64,000 bases of DNA from Janibacter hoylei PVAS-1. GTDB taxonomy: Bacteria > Actinomycetota > Actinomycetes > Actinomycetales > Dermatophilaceae. Shown here piece by piece: positions 53,522-63,671 of this stretch; within the stretch, counting starts at the first letter, position 1; each line of letters begins with the position of its first letter. Made by a program: the position numbers and the translations under genes. The DNA lies in contig NZ_ALWX01000068.1 of assembly GCF_000297495.1 (NCBI RefSeq), positions 1-64,000 on the forward strand. The letters run 5' to 3'. Below the pieces are notes generated by a model. The model worked only from the letters and a program-made list of their open reading frames with translations, was not told the origin of the DNA and made no database searches.

Positions 53522-54889
53522 GTGACCGACACCACTCTCACTGCAGACCAGATCGAGGCCCTGCGCGCCCGTGTGCGCGAGCTCATGCCGCAGGTGCGCG
53601 CCGACCTCGAGGACCTCACCCGGATCCCGAGCGTCAGCCTCGACTCCTTCGACCAGGCCCACGTCCAGGCCTCCGCCGAGCGCACGGCCGAGCTGCTGCG
53701 CGCGGAGGGCCTCGACGTCGAGATCGTCAGCGAAGGGGGCCGCCCCGCCGTCATCGGCCACGTCGACGGCCCCGAGGGCGCGCCGACCGTCCTGCTCTAC
53801 GCCCACCATGACGTTCAGCCGCCCGGCGACCTCGCCGACTGGGACTCCGACCCCTTCGAGCCGGTCGAGCGCGGCGGCCGCCTCTACGGTCGTGGCGCCG
53901 CCGACGACAAGGCTGGCGTCATGGCGCATGTCGCCGCGCTGCGGGCCCACGCGGGCAACCTGCCCGTCGGCGTGACGGTCTTCGTCGAGGGCGAGGAGGA
54001 GATCGCCAGCGAGTCGCTGCCGCGCATCCTCGAGCGCCACGGCGACAAGCTGACCTCCGACGCGATCGTCCTCGCCGACTCGCTCAACTGGGCCATCGGG
54101 ACGCCCGCGCTCACGACGACCCTGCGCGGCTCCCTCCGTGCGGTCGTCACCGTCCGCACGCTCGACCACGGCGTGCACTCGGGCATGTTCGGCGGGGCCT
54201 GTCCCGACGCGATCACCGCGCTGTGCCGGCTCATGGCGACCCTCCACGACGACCAGGGCGATGTCGCGATCGAGGGGCTCGTCCACACCGACGCCCCCGA
54301 GATCGACTACGACGAGGCGCGCCTGCGCGAGGAGTCCGGGCTGCTCGACGCCACGGAGCTCATCGGCACCGGCTCGATCCCCTCGCGGCTGTGGACCAAG
54401 CCGGCCGCCGTCGTCATCGGCATCGACGCCCCCGCCGTCGACGAGGCCGGCAACGTCCTCGCCGCGAGCGCGCGGGCCAAGATCAACCTGCGGCTCAACC
54501 CGACGCAGGACCCGGCGCAGGCGTGGGAGGCGCTGCAGCGTCACCTGCAGGACTACGCGCCGTGGGGCGCGACCGTCGAGGTCGAGCTCGACGAGCAGGG
54601 CTGGGGCTTCGCCGCCGACGCGCAGGGGCCGGTCTACGACCAGGCCCGCGCGGCCTTCGCCGACGCCTGGGGCACCGACCCGGTCGACGTCGGCATCGGC
54701 GGCTCGATCCCCTTTGTCCAGGCCTTCGCCGAGAAGTTCCCGGACGCAGCGATCCTCGTCACCGGGGTCGAGGACCCCGACACCCGGGCGCACGGGGCCA
54801 ACGAGTCGCTGCATCTGGGTGAGTTCGAGCGGGTGTGCACCGCCGAGGCGCTGTTGCTCGCGCGGCTCGGTGCCATGCCCAAGGGCTGA
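53522..54889 (+). CDS. M20 family dipeptidase/peptidase.
   Basis: 'LLYAHHDVQP', 'GRGAADDKAG', 'FVEGEEE'. Confidence 0.85.
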   Translation: MTDTTLTADQIEALRARVRELMPQVRADLEDLTRIPSVSLDSFDQAHVQASAERTAELLRAEGLDVEIVSEGGRPAVIGHVDGPEGAPTVLLYAHHDVQPPGDLADWDSDPFEPVERGGRLYGRGAADDKAGVMAHVAALRAHAGNLPVGVTVFVEGEEEIASESLPRILERHGDKLTSDAIVLADSLNWAIGTPALTTTLRGSLRAVVTVRTLDHGVHSGMFGGACPDAITALCRLMATLHDDQGDVAIEGLVHTDAPEIDYDEARLREESGLLDATELIGTGSIPSRLWTKPAAVVIGIDAPAVDEAGNVLAASARAKINLRLNPTQDPAQAWEALQRHLQDYAPWGATVEVELDEQGWGFAADAQGPVYDQARAAFADAWGTDPVDVGIGGSIPFVQAFAEKFPDAAILVTGVEDPDTRAHGANESLHLGEFERVCTAEALLLARLGAMPKG

Positions 54890-54901
54890 CGAGGAGCCGA
54901 C

Positions 54902-55492
54902 GTGCCGCAGAGCGCCGAGGAGATCTTCGAGCTGGCGAGGGCGCGCACCGACGCGCCCTCGCTGGACTTCGTCGAGTGGCCCGCCTTCCCCTGGGCGGCC
55001 GAGGGTGGCCGCGTGGTCGCCAAGGAGCTGCTCCCACCAGTGGAGGCGGACCGCGTCCGTGACGGCGAAGGGGGGCGCGCGTGCTGGCGGTGCGAGCACC
55101 CCGATGAGGGGGTCGTCTGGAGCAATGAGCGGTGGGTGCTCTCGGCCGACCGTGAAGGGCGCGGCGGTCTGCTGTCGCTGTGGTTGCAGACCCGCGCGCA
55201 CATGGACTTCGGCGACATGGACGAGGAGCTCGCGGGGGAGTGGGGTCGGCTGGTGCACCGCCTGCACAACGCGCTGCTCGCCCTGCCCAACGCGGGCCGG
55301 GTCCATCTCGGCAAGTGGGGCGACGGCAGCGCGCACCTGCACACCCTGGCCATGGTGCGGCCGGCCCGGTTGCCCCAGGTCATCGGCTCCTTCGCCGTCG
55401 AGTGGGACGACCTCCTGCCCGAGGTTCCCGAGGAGGTCTGGCAGCGCGAGGTCGACGGGGTCGTCGCGGTGATGGCGACACGTGAGGGGTAA
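54902..55492 (+). CDS. Hypothetical protein, possibly a HIT-like fold.
   Basis: '[15 protein letters not shown]' resembles a degenerate HIT His-triad. Earlier in the protein is '[10 protein letters not shown]'. Confidence 0.3.
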   Translation: MPQSAEEIFELARARTDAPSLDFVEWPAFPWAAEGGRVVAKELLPPVEADRVRDGEGGRACWRCEHPDEGVVWSNERWVLSADREGRGGLLSLWLQTRAHMDFGDMDEELAGEWGRLVHRLHNALLALPNAGRVHLGKWGDGSAHLHTLAMVRPARLPQVIGSFAVEWDDLLPEVPEEVWQREVDGVVAVMATREG

Positions 55493-55614
55493 CCGCAGCA
55501 GGCGACGGCGTGTCGGACTGCAGTTCATGCGGCGACGTGACCGACAGGCCCCGGTTTCCGGGGCCTGTCGTCGTCCACGGGGATGAACTGCAGTCCGACA
55601 CGCCGCCGGGCAGC

Positions 55615-56129
55615 ATGGTGCCCATGCCACAGCTCACCGCAGTCCGGGGCGACATCACGACCCAGCAGGTCGACGCGATCGTCAACGCCGCCAACTCCGC
55701 CATGCGTGGTGGTGGGGGAGTCGACGGGGGCGATCCACCGCGCGGGTGGCCCGGCCGTGCTCGAGGACTGCATCGCCCGCTTCCCCCGCGGCCTGGCCAC
55801 GGGTGATGCGGGGTGGACGACGGCAGGGGACCTCCCTTCGCGCTGGGTGATCCACACGGTCGGGCCCAACCACGCTGCGGGACAACGCGATCGCTCGCTG
55901 CTCGTCTCGTGCTACCGCCGCTGCCTCGAGGTGGCCGACGAGCTGGGGGGCGCGCTCGGTCGCCTTCCCGCTCGTCAGCGCCGGCATCTACGGCTGGCCC
56001 AAGGACGACGCGATCGCCGCAGCGGTGGAGACGATCCGGTCGGCACCGACGGCCGTCGAGGAGGCGCGCATCGTCGCCTTCGACGCGGCCACCTTCGCAC
56101 AGGTGGAAAAAAGTGCAAGGTTCAACTAA
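55615..56129 (+). CDS. Macro domain protein (MacroD/YmdB-like), with two G-run frameshifts (~55720, ~55945).
   Basis: '[29 protein letters not shown]' then '[14 protein letters not shown]...WVIHTVGPN...' then '[27 protein letters not shown]' read in three frames. It is a paralog of the island macro gene at 3208..3663. Confidence 0.75.
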
Positions 56130-56139
56130 AGTGGTGGAC

Positions 56140-57180
56140 ATGGCACAGCGCAGCTACGTCGAGAAGGACTACACCCGCGACACCGCGTACATCGAGGACC
56201 GGATCACCTCGGACGGGTCGAGCGACTGGCCGGTCGAGCCGGGGCGCTACCGCCTCGTCGTCTCCCGGGCCTGCCCGTGGGCCAACCGCGCGATCATCGT
56301 GCGCCGGCTCCTCGGCCTCGAGGACGTCATCTCGATGGGCATCACCGGCCCGACGCACGACGCCGACAGCTGGACCTTCGACCTCGACCCGGACCACCTC
56401 GACCCGGTCCTGCAGATCCCGCGCATCAAGGACGCCTACCTCGCCCGCTTCCCCGACTACCCGAAGGGGATCACCGTCCCTGCGATGGTCGACGTGCCGA
56501 GCGGCCAGGTCGTGACCAACAACTTCCCGCAGATCACCGAGGACTTCTCGACCCAGTGGCGCGAGCACCACCGCGAGGGGGCTCCCGACCTGTGGCCCGA
56601 GCACCTGCGCGAGGAGATGGCGGTCGTCAACAAGCGGGTCTACACCGAGGTCAACAACGGCGTCTACCGCTGCGGCTTCTCCGGCGACCAGGCCGCCTAC
56701 GAGGCCGCCTACGACCGGCTGTGGACCGCGATGGACTGGCTCGAGGAGCGGCTGTCGACCCGTCGCTACCTCATGGGTGAGCACATCACCGAGGCCGACG
56801 TGCGCCTCTTCACGACCTTGGCGCGCTTCGACCCCGTGTACCACGGGCACTTCAAGGCCAACCGGTCGAAGCTGGCGGAGATGCCGGTCCTGTGGGCCTA
56901 CGCGCGCGACCTCTTCACGACGCCCGGCTTCGGTGACACGACCGACTTCGTCCACATCAAGAGCCACTACTACGAGGTCCACCGCGACATCAACCCGACC
57001 GGCATCGTGCCTGCCGGGCCCGACCTGTCGAACTGGCTGGAGCCGCACGGTCGTGAGCAGCTGGGCGGGTCCCCCTTCGCCTCGGGTGCCACGCCTCCCG
57101 GCCCGCCGAGCGAAGGGGAGCGCGTCCCCGTCGCGCACAACCCCCTGCTCGACGAGACCGGGATGGTCCGCTCCGCCTGA
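56140..57180 (+). CDS. Glutathionyl-hydroquinone reductase (Xi-class GST, YqjG/ECM4-like).
   Basis: 'RYRLVVSRACPWANRAIIV' with the CPWA active-site motif. Confidence 0.85.
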   Translation: MAQRSYVEKDYTRDTAYIEDRITSDGSSDWPVEPGRYRLVVSRACPWANRAIIVRRLLGLEDVISMGITGPTHDADSWTFDLDPDHLDPVLQIPRIKDAYLARFPDYPKGITVPAMVDVPSGQVVTNNFPQITEDFSTQWREHHREGAPDLWPEHLREEMAVVNKRVYTEVNNGVYRCGFSGDQAAYEAAYDRLWTAMDWLEERLSTRRYLMGEHITEADVRLFTTLARFDPVYHGHFKANRSKLAEMPVLWAYARDLFTTPGFGDTTDFVHIKSHYYEVHRDINPTGIVPAGPDLSNWLEPHGREQLGGSPFASGATPPGPPSEGERVPVAHNPLLDETGMVRSA

Positions 57181-57257
57181 CCGCTGGAGACGCGGCGTTG
57201 GTCGGTGGTTCACCGCCCGGGCGGCTGGTGGACACCCCGGCTCGCGAGGGTGGGGCC

Positions 57258-58100
57258 ATGATCGCCACCTCCCGCGCCCTGGCCGTCACGGCCGCCGCCC
57301 TCGCCCTCGCCCTGCCTGCCGGCACGGCGCTCGCCGCACCTGCACCCGTCGAGCTGGGCACGCCGCTGCCGCAGGCCCACGCGCACAACGACTACGAGCA
57401 CGAGCGCCCGCTGCTCGACGCGCTCGAGCAGGGCTTCACCTCGATTGAGGCCGACGTCTGGCTCGTCGACGGCGAGCTGCGCGTCGCTCACGACTCGTGG
57501 GAGGTCGCCGACGCGCCGACGCTCGAGGAGGCCTACCTCGACCCGCTGACCGAGATCGCCTCGCCGAACGGCAAGGAGATCTACCCGGGCTACGGCGGCG
57601 ACGTCCAGCTGCTCATCGACATCAAGAGCGAGGGACCGGCGACGTGGCGGGCCGTCGAGGCCGAGCTCGCCGAGCACTCGCGGATCTTCACCCGCGTCCA
57701 CCGTGGCAAGGTCAAGGACCGCGCCGTCGAGGCCGTCATCAGCGGCAACCGCCCCCGGGCCGAGATGGAGGCGGCGACGACGCGCTACTCCTTCTACGAC
57801 GGGCGCTCAACCGACCTCGACTCGGGCACAGACGCCGCCCTCATGCCGCTCGTCAGCGACAACTGGACGAAGCTGTTCACCTGGCAGGGCGTCGGCGAGA
57901 TGCCCGCGGCCGAGCGCGAGCGGCTGCACGACTACGTCGCCGGGGCGCACCGCGACGGCTACCGGGTGCGCTTCTGGGCGACCAATGACATCGCCGGCGA
58001 GGCCCGCACCAACCTGTGGCGTGAGCTGCGCGACGCCGGCGTCGACCACATCAACACCGACGACCTCGAGGGCCTGCAGGACTTCCTCGCGCAGGAGTGA
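57258..58100 (+). CDS. Secreted PI-PLC X-domain-like / GDPD-like phosphodiesterase.
   Basis: Signal peptide plus 'HAHNDYEHE' catalytic motif. Confidence 0.6.
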   Translation: MIATSRALAVTAAALALALPAGTALAAPAPVELGTPLPQAHAHNDYEHERPLLDALEQGFTSIEADVWLVDGELRVAHDSWEVADAPTLEEAYLDPLTEIASPNGKEIYPGYGGDVQLLIDIKSEGPATWRAVEAELAEHSRIFTRVHRGKVKDRAVEAVISGNRPRAEMEAATTRYSFYDGRSTDLDSGTDAALMPLVSDNWTKLFTWQGVGEMPAAERERLHDYVAGAHRDGYRVRFWATNDIAGEARTNLWRELRDAGVDHINTDDLEGLQDFLAQE

Positions 58101-58124
58101 CGGCCGGCGCGGGCGAAGGGGAGG

Positions 58125-58787
58125 TCAGCCGCCCAGGCGCTCGCGTACCGTCGCGGCTCCGTCCCCGCCGATCCGGTCGAGGTAGGCCGGCCGGCCGCTC
58201 ATGACCATGGCGAGCGTCTCGGAGGTGCCGCTGACCGTGGGGCCGGGGTCGCCCCCTTCGTCCGTGGGGTCGTGGACCCAGTCGGTGTCGGTGGCCTCCC
58301 ACCGCAGGCCGTCGAGGAGCCCCGGCGTCGGGACGAAGGACTCGCGGCCGCGCGGGGAGACGATGATCCCCAGAGCCGCCTGCCAGTGCTCCAGGGGGAC
58401 GGTGGCGTCCAGACCCTGCGGCTCGGCGAGGTCACGCAGGTGGATGCACGAGTCGGTGAAGGGGCCGGCCCAGCCGATGTACCAAGGCTTCGACCCGGTG
58501 CGGGCGGGGTGCCGCAGCTCGGCCGCGATCTGCGCGAGCGGACGGTCACCCAGCCGGGCCGCGTGCACGTCGCAGGCGCGGGCCATCGACCGGTGCCGGG
58601 CGGCCGTCAGCAGGAAGCGCCACGACGGCACGTGCACCGGCTGCAGCATGTGCCCGGCGAGGGTGCGCACGTTCCAGTCGTTGCACAGCGTGGCGTCGCG
58701 AGCGTGGCCCTCACCGAGTGAGTCGAGGACATCGGCGAAGAGCCGCCGGTTGTCGGCGGTCAGGGCGAGGAGCTGGGCGTCGTCCAC
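58125..58787 (-). CDS. Maleylpyruvate-isomerase-N-terminal/DinB-like (TIGR03083-type, mycothiol-dependent) family protein.
   Basis: N-terminal 'LFADVLDSLGEGHARDATLCNDWNVRTLAGHM'. Confidence 0.55.
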   Translation of the reverse strand: MDDAQLLALTADNRRLFADVLDSLGEGHARDATLCNDWNVRTLAGHMLQPVHVPSWRFLLTAARHRSMARACDVHAARLGDRPLAQIAAELRHPARTGSKPWYIGWAGPFTDSCIHLRDLAEPQGLDATVPLEHWQAALGIIVSPRGRESFVPTPGLLDGLRWEATDTDWVHDPTDEGGDPGPTVSGTSETLAMVMSGRPAYLDRIGGDGAATVRERLGG

Positions 58788-58804
58788 CGGCCCAGCCTGT
58801 CAGG

Positions 58805-58875
58805 GGCACTCGACAAGAGAAACCCTCCCTTCGCAAGGGTTTGGAACTCCTGCGAAGAGAGGGTTTCTCGGGTGA
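58805..58875. other. Imperfect ~22-bp-arm inverted repeat GAGAAACCCTCCCTTCGCAAGG...CCTGCGAAGAGAGGGTTTCTC.
   Basis: Lies between the nadA stop and the start of the 58125..58787 gene. It is a candidate terminator or operator. Confidence 0.4.
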
Positions 58876-58913
58876 CCCGGAAATCGTGGGGCCGATGTGA
58901 CGCCTGAGCCGCC

Positions 58914-60125
58914 TCAGTCCTTCGACGTCTCGCCGGGCAGCGCGAGCATCTGGTCGAGCGCGACCTTCGCCCAATGGGCGACGTCGGCATCGACGCTGAT
59001 CTGGTTGACCACGCGCCCCTCGGCGAGCGACTCGAGAGCCCAGACGAGGTGGGGCAGGTCGATGCGGTTCATCGTCGAGCAGTAGCAGACGTTCTTTTCC
59101 AGGAAGCTGATCTCCTGGTCGGGGAACATCTGCCCGAGACGCTGCACGAGGTTGAGCTCCGTGCCGACGACCCACTTCGTGCCGGCCGGCGCCGCGGCGA
59201 CGGTCTTGATGATGCTCTCGGTCGAGCCGACCTCGTCGGCGAGCTCGACGACCTCGTGGCGGCACTCGGGGTGGACGATGACCTTGACACCCGGGATCTC
59301 CCGCCGGGCGGTCTCGACGGCGTCGACGGTGAAGCGGCCGTGGACCGAGCAGTGCCCGCGCCACAGGATCATCCGGGCGTCGCGGATCTGCTCGACCGTC
59401 AGCCCGCCGCGGGGCTGGTGCGGGTCCCACACGACGCAGTCGTCGAGGTCGCGTCCGAGGTCGCGCGCCCACGTGTTGCGGCCGAGGTGCTGGTCGGGCA
59501 GGAAGAGGACCTTGCCCTCGCCGTCGAGGCCACCGGTCTGCTCGAAGGCCCAGGTCAGCGCCGTCCGCGCATTGCTCGAGGTGCAGATCGTGCCGCCGTT
59601 GCGGCCGGTGAAGGCCTTGATCGCGGCGCTGGAGTTCATGTACGTCACCGGGACGGTCGTCTCGGCCAGGCCGAGCTCGACGAGCTCGTCCCAGCAGTCC
59701 TCGACCTGGTGCGATGCAGCCATGTCGGCCATCGAGCAGCCGGCGGCGAGGTCGGGCAGCACGACGGTCTGCCCGTCGCTCGTGAGGATGTCCGCCGACT
59801 CCGCCATGAAGTGGACGCCGCAGAAGACGATGTACGGCGCGTCGGGTCGCGCGGCCGCCTCCTTGGCGAGCTTGAAGGAGTCGCCGGTCGTGTCCGCGAA
59901 CTCGATGACCTCGTCGCGCTGGTAGTGGTGACCGAGGACGAAGACGCGGTCGCCGAGCGCCTCCTTGGCGGCACGGGCGCGCGCGACGAGCCCCGGGTCG
60001 GAGGGCGCCGGCAGGTCGCCGGGGCACTCGACACCGCGCTCGGAGTGCGGGTCGGTGCCCTGCCCGAGGACGAGCAGGCTAAGGGGCTTCGGCGAGGACT
60101 GCGTCGTGGCGCTCACGGCAGGCAT
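58914..60125 (-). CDS. nadA: Quinolinate synthase.
   Basis: 'CSTMNRID', 'IVHPECRHEV', 'YIVFCGVHFMAESA'. Confidence 0.9.
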   Translation of the reverse strand: MPAVSATTQSSPKPLSLLVLGQGTDPHSERGVECPGDLPAPSDPGLVARARAAKEALGDRVFVLGHHYQRDEVIEFADTTGDSFKLAKEAAARPDAPYIVFCGVHFMAESADILTSDGQTVVLPDLAAGCSMADMAASHQVEDCWDELVELGLAETTVPVTYMNSSAAIKAFTGRNGGTICTSSNARTALTWAFEQTGGLDGEGKVLFLPDQHLGRNTWARDLGRDLDDCVVWDPHQPRGGLTVEQIRDARMILWRGHCSVHGRFTVDAVETARREIPGVKVIVHPECRHEVVELADEVGSTESIIKTVAAAPAGTKWVVGTELNLVQRLGQMFPDQEISFLEKNVCYCSTMNRIDLPHLVWALESLAEGRVVNQISVDADVAHWAKVALDQMLALPGETSKD

Positions 60126-60165
60126 GATCCCACAGCGGTGAGCCGGTGCTCGGTACAGTCCACGG

Positions 60166-61332
60166 GTGCACGTGATCATCGCCCCGGACTGCTTCACCGG
60201 CACCCTCACCGCCACGCAGGCGGCCGAGGCGCTCGCCGCCGGGTGGCGCCGCCGGGCACCCGATGACCTCCTGACGCTCGTGCCCCTGTCGGACGGCGGG
60301 CCCGGCTTCCTCGACGTGCTGACGGCGAACGTGCCGGGCGAGTCCTCGATCGTCACCACCACGGACCCGCGGGGCCGGGCCGTGCCGGCAGCCCTGCACA
60401 TCACGACGGACGAAGGGGGTCGACGGCACCGCCTGGGTGGAGTCGGCCCAGGCGATCGGCCTGCACCTGCTCGAGGTGCCCGAGCGCGATCCCGGGGTGA
60501 CGACGACGTGGGGTCTCGGCGAGCTGCTCGCCGCCGCCCTCGACCAGGGCGTCGACCGGGTGGTCGTCGGCTTGGGCGGCTCGGCGACCAATGACGCCGG
60601 AGCCGGGATGCTCGCCGCCCTCGGCGCCGGCCCGCGCGAGGCCCTCGCAGGTGGCGGCGCGGGGCTCATCGCCGTGCGCGAGGCCGACCTCGCGGGGCTG
60701 GCGGCCACCCGCGAGCGCTTCGCCGGGGTCGAGCTCGTCGCGGCGACCGATGTCGCCTCGCCGCTCCTCGGCCTGCAGGGCGCGAGCGCCGTCTTCGCCG
60801 CGCAGAAGGGCGCCGACCCCGAGCAGTCCCAGCTGCTCGAGGGCGCGCTCGGTCACTTCGTCGACCAGGTCCGCCGGGTCCTGCCCGCCGGTACGGACCT
60901 GCTGAGCGGCCGCGAGCGGCGCCTCGACCGCGAGCCGGGGGCGGGTGCTGCCGGCGGCGTCGGCTACGCCTGATGCTCCTCGGGGCGCGACGGGCCAGCG
61001 GTGTGGAGATGGTCCTCGACGCCGTCGGCATGGACGGGCTCGTCGCCGCGGCGGACCTCGTCGTCACGGGGGAGGGGCGGCTCGACTGGCAGAGCCTGCA
61101 GGGCAAGGTCGTCGCGGGGGTCGCCGAGCTCGCCCAGCGCCACGCGACGCCCGCCATCGCCGTTGCCGGCCAGGTGCTCATCGGGCGTCGCGAGTCGATG
61201 GCCCTCGGCCTGAGCGGCACGTACGCCGTCGCCGAGCGCGAGGAGGACGTCGAGCGGGCCATGGCCGACTCGGTCGGGACCCTGCGCTCGCGCACCGAGC
61301 GGATCGCGGCGACGTGGTCACCGCGCCGGTGA
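60166..61332 (+). CDS. glxK: Glycerate kinase, with two single-base frameshifts (~60415, ~60968).
   Basis: 'MHVIIAPDCFTGTLTATQAAEA', 'GLGGSATNDAGAGMLAALG', 'VVTGEGRLDWQSLQGKVVAGV' read in three frames. Confidence 0.8.
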
Positions 61333-61449
61333 CCCCCCTTCGCCCCTGACGTATGGTGGAGGAGCGGGAACAACCCGCGCACAGCGCGTGTTGACCCCGT
61401 CGTGGCGGACCCCGTCACCCACAGTTTCCCCGAGTCGTGAGGACATCGC

Positions 61450-61833
61450 ATGAGCGTCCAGGACACCCAGGCCACCACCACCGAGGCCGTCGAGACGGCT
61501 GCCGACAGCCACGGCGTCATCCTCACCGACGTCGCCGCCGGCAAGGTCAAGTCGTTGCTCGAGCAGGAGGGCCGTGACGACCTGCGCCTGCGCATCGGCG
61601 TCCAGCCCGGTGGCTGCTCCGGCCTGATCTACCAGCTGTACTTCGACGAGCGCTCGCTCGACGGTGACCTCGTGCGCGACTTCGACGGTGTCGAGGTCGT
61701 CGTCGACCGGATGAGCGCCCCGTACCTCGGCGGCGCGACGATCGACTTCGCCGACACCATCGAGAAGCAGGGCTTCACCATCGACAACCCCAACGCGGGC
61801 AGCTCCTGCGCCTGCGGCGACAGCTTCAGCTGA
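61450..61833 (+). CDS. erpA: HesB/IscA-family iron-sulfur cluster insertion protein.
   Basis: 'CSGLIYQLYF' plus the C-terminal 'SCACGDSF'. Confidence 0.9.
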   Translation: MSVQDTQATTTEAVETAADSHGVILTDVAAGKVKSLLEQEGRDDLRLRIGVQPGGCSGLIYQLYFDERSLDGDLVRDFDGVEVVVDRMSAPYLGGATIDFADTIEKQGFTIDNPNAGSSCACGDSFS

Positions 61834-61848
61834 TCTGCCCGGCCCCGT

Positions 61849-61892
61849 GACGAAGGGGGGTGCCCACCGCGAGGTGGGCACCCCCCTTCGTC
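61849..61892 (+). terminator. Perfect 20-bp-stem hairpin GACGAAGGGGGGTGCCCACC-gcga-GGTGGGCACCCCCCTTCGTC after erpA.
   Basis: Starts 15 bp after the stop. Member of the GACGAAGGGGG hairpin family. Confidence 0.65.
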
Positions 61893-61929
61893 GTGCCGGG
61901 GCGCAGCCGCACGTCTGTAGGGTGGCCCG

Positions 61930-62919
61930 GTGCCCATCGCCATCGCCGGATCCATCGCCACCGACCACCTGATGACCTTCTCGGGTCGCTTCGCCGACTC
62001 GCTCGTCGTCGACCAGCTCGACAAGATCTCCGTGAGCTTCCTGGCCCACAAGCTCGAGATCCGCCGCGGGGGTGTGGCGGCCAACATCTCCTTCGGCATG
62101 GCCAACCTCGGGCAGCGCCCCGTGCTCGTCGGCTCGGTGGGCGAGGACTTCGCCGACTACCGCAGCTGGCTCGAGCGCCACGGCGTCGACTGCGCCTCCG
62201 TGCGGGTCTCGGAGACGCAGCACACCGCCCGCTTCGTCTGCACGACCGACGACGACATGGCCCAGATCGCGACCTTCTACGCCGGGGCGATGACCGAGGC
62301 CCGCGAGATCGAGCTCGGCCCGATCGCCGCGCGCGTCGGCGGTCTCGACCTCGTCCTCGTCGGCCCGGACGACCCCGAGGCCATGCGCCGGCACACCCGC
62401 GAGTGCCGCACGCGCGGCATCCCCTTCGTCGCCGACCCGAGCCAGCAGCTGGCCTTCGGCGACGGCGAGCTGATCCGCGAGCTCATCGACGGTGCCGAGT
62501 ACCTCATCACCAACGAGTACGAGTCGCACCTCACGGAGCAGAAGACCGGCTGGACGCAGGCGGAGATCGACGAGCGCGTCCGCTACCGGGTGACGACGCT
62601 CGGCAAGGACGGCGTGCGCATCACCGGGCGAGACCTCGAGGAGCCGATCGTCGTGGGTGTCGCCCGCGAGGTCACCAAGGCGGACCCGACGGGCGTGGGC
62701 GACGCCTTCCGCGCCGGCTTCCTCACCGGTGTCAGCGAAGGGCTGCCGCTGCGCGAGTCCGCCGAGCTCGGCTCGATGCTCGCGACCTATGTCATCGAGA
62801 CCGTCGGCACGCAGGAGTACGAGCTCGGCACCGCCCGCTTCCTCGAGCGGCTCGCGGAGGCCTACGGGCAGGAGAGCGCCGACCTCATCGCCGGCCACAT
62901 CACCTGCCCGCGCCCCTGA
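61930..62919 (+). CDS. adoK: PfkB-family carbohydrate/adenosine kinase.
   Basis: 'DPTGVGDAFRAGFL', 'GSVGEDFADY'. Resembles mycobacterial AdoK. Confidence 0.75.
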   Translation: MPIAIAGSIATDHLMTFSGRFADSLVVDQLDKISVSFLAHKLEIRRGGVAANISFGMANLGQRPVLVGSVGEDFADYRSWLERHGVDCASVRVSETQHTARFVCTTDDDMAQIATFYAGAMTEAREIELGPIAARVGGLDLVLVGPDDPEAMRRHTRECRTRGIPFVADPSQQLAFGDGELIRELIDGAEYLITNEYESHLTEQKTGWTQAEIDERVRYRVTTLGKDGVRITGRDLEEPIVVGVAREVTKADPTGVGDAFRAGFLTGVSEGLPLRESAELGSMLATYVIETVGTQEYELGTARFLERLAEAYGQESADLIAGHITCPRP

Positions 62920-63089
62920 CCGGGCCCCACCCCCGCCGATGAGCCGACCCCCCCTTCCCACCCGTCGAGCCGGCGGGCGGCACGGCGCTGTGGGCGGGCT
63001 ACCTGCGGGCGGGCCTGTCGTCGGCGGAGCTGGCCCCCTCCGACGTCGGTGACGTCGTCGGGGTCGGCGGCACGCTCGACCCGGCGTCC

Positions 63090-63671
63090 GTGCTCACCGC
63101 CTACCGTCTCGGGGTCTTCCCCATGGGTCTGGGCGAAGGGGGGACCCCGCCGATGGGGTGGTGGTGCCCCACGTGGCGCGGGGTGCTGCGACCCGGCCAC
63201 GTGCACGTCAGCCGGTCGCTGCGCCGGTCCCTGCGAAGCTTCGAGGTGACCGTCGACGAGGACTTCGCCGCCGTGGTCGCGGCGTGCGCCGACCCCGACC
63301 GTGACGGGCACTGGATCACGCCTGACGTCGTCGCGGCCTACACCGAGCTGCACGCCCTCGGCTGGGCGCACAGCGTCGAGGTGCGCGATGGTGACGGGAC
63401 CCTCGTCGGTGGCCTCTACGGCATCGCCGTCGGTGGGCTCTTCGCCGGTGAGTCGATGTTTCACCACGCCACCGACGCCTCCAAGGCGGCGCTCGTGCAC
63501 CTCGACCGGATGATCGCCGCCGACGGCGACCCACGGCGGATCATCGACGTCCAGTGGCGCACACCGCACCTGGGCAGCCTCGGCATCGAGGAGATCCACC
63601 GGCAGGAGTACCTCGCCCGGCTGCGGCTGGCCCTCGAGGCGCCGACCCCCGACCTCGCGAGCCTCGTCTAG
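63090..63671 (+). CDS. aat: Leucyl/phenylalanyl-tRNA--protein transferase. The N-terminus may be longer, because no in-frame ATG lies upstream.
   Basis: 'AYRLGVFPM', 'GGLFAGESMFH'. Confidence 0.8.
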   Translation: MLTAYRLGVFPMGLGEGGTPPMGWWCPTWRGVLRPGHVHVSRSLRRSLRSFEVTVDEDFAAVVAACADPDRDGHWITPDVVAAYTELHALGWAHSVEVRDGDGTLVGGLYGIAVGGLFAGESMFHHATDASKAALVHLDRMIAADGDPRRIIDVQWRTPHLGSLGIEEIHRQEYLARLRLALEAPTPDLASLV

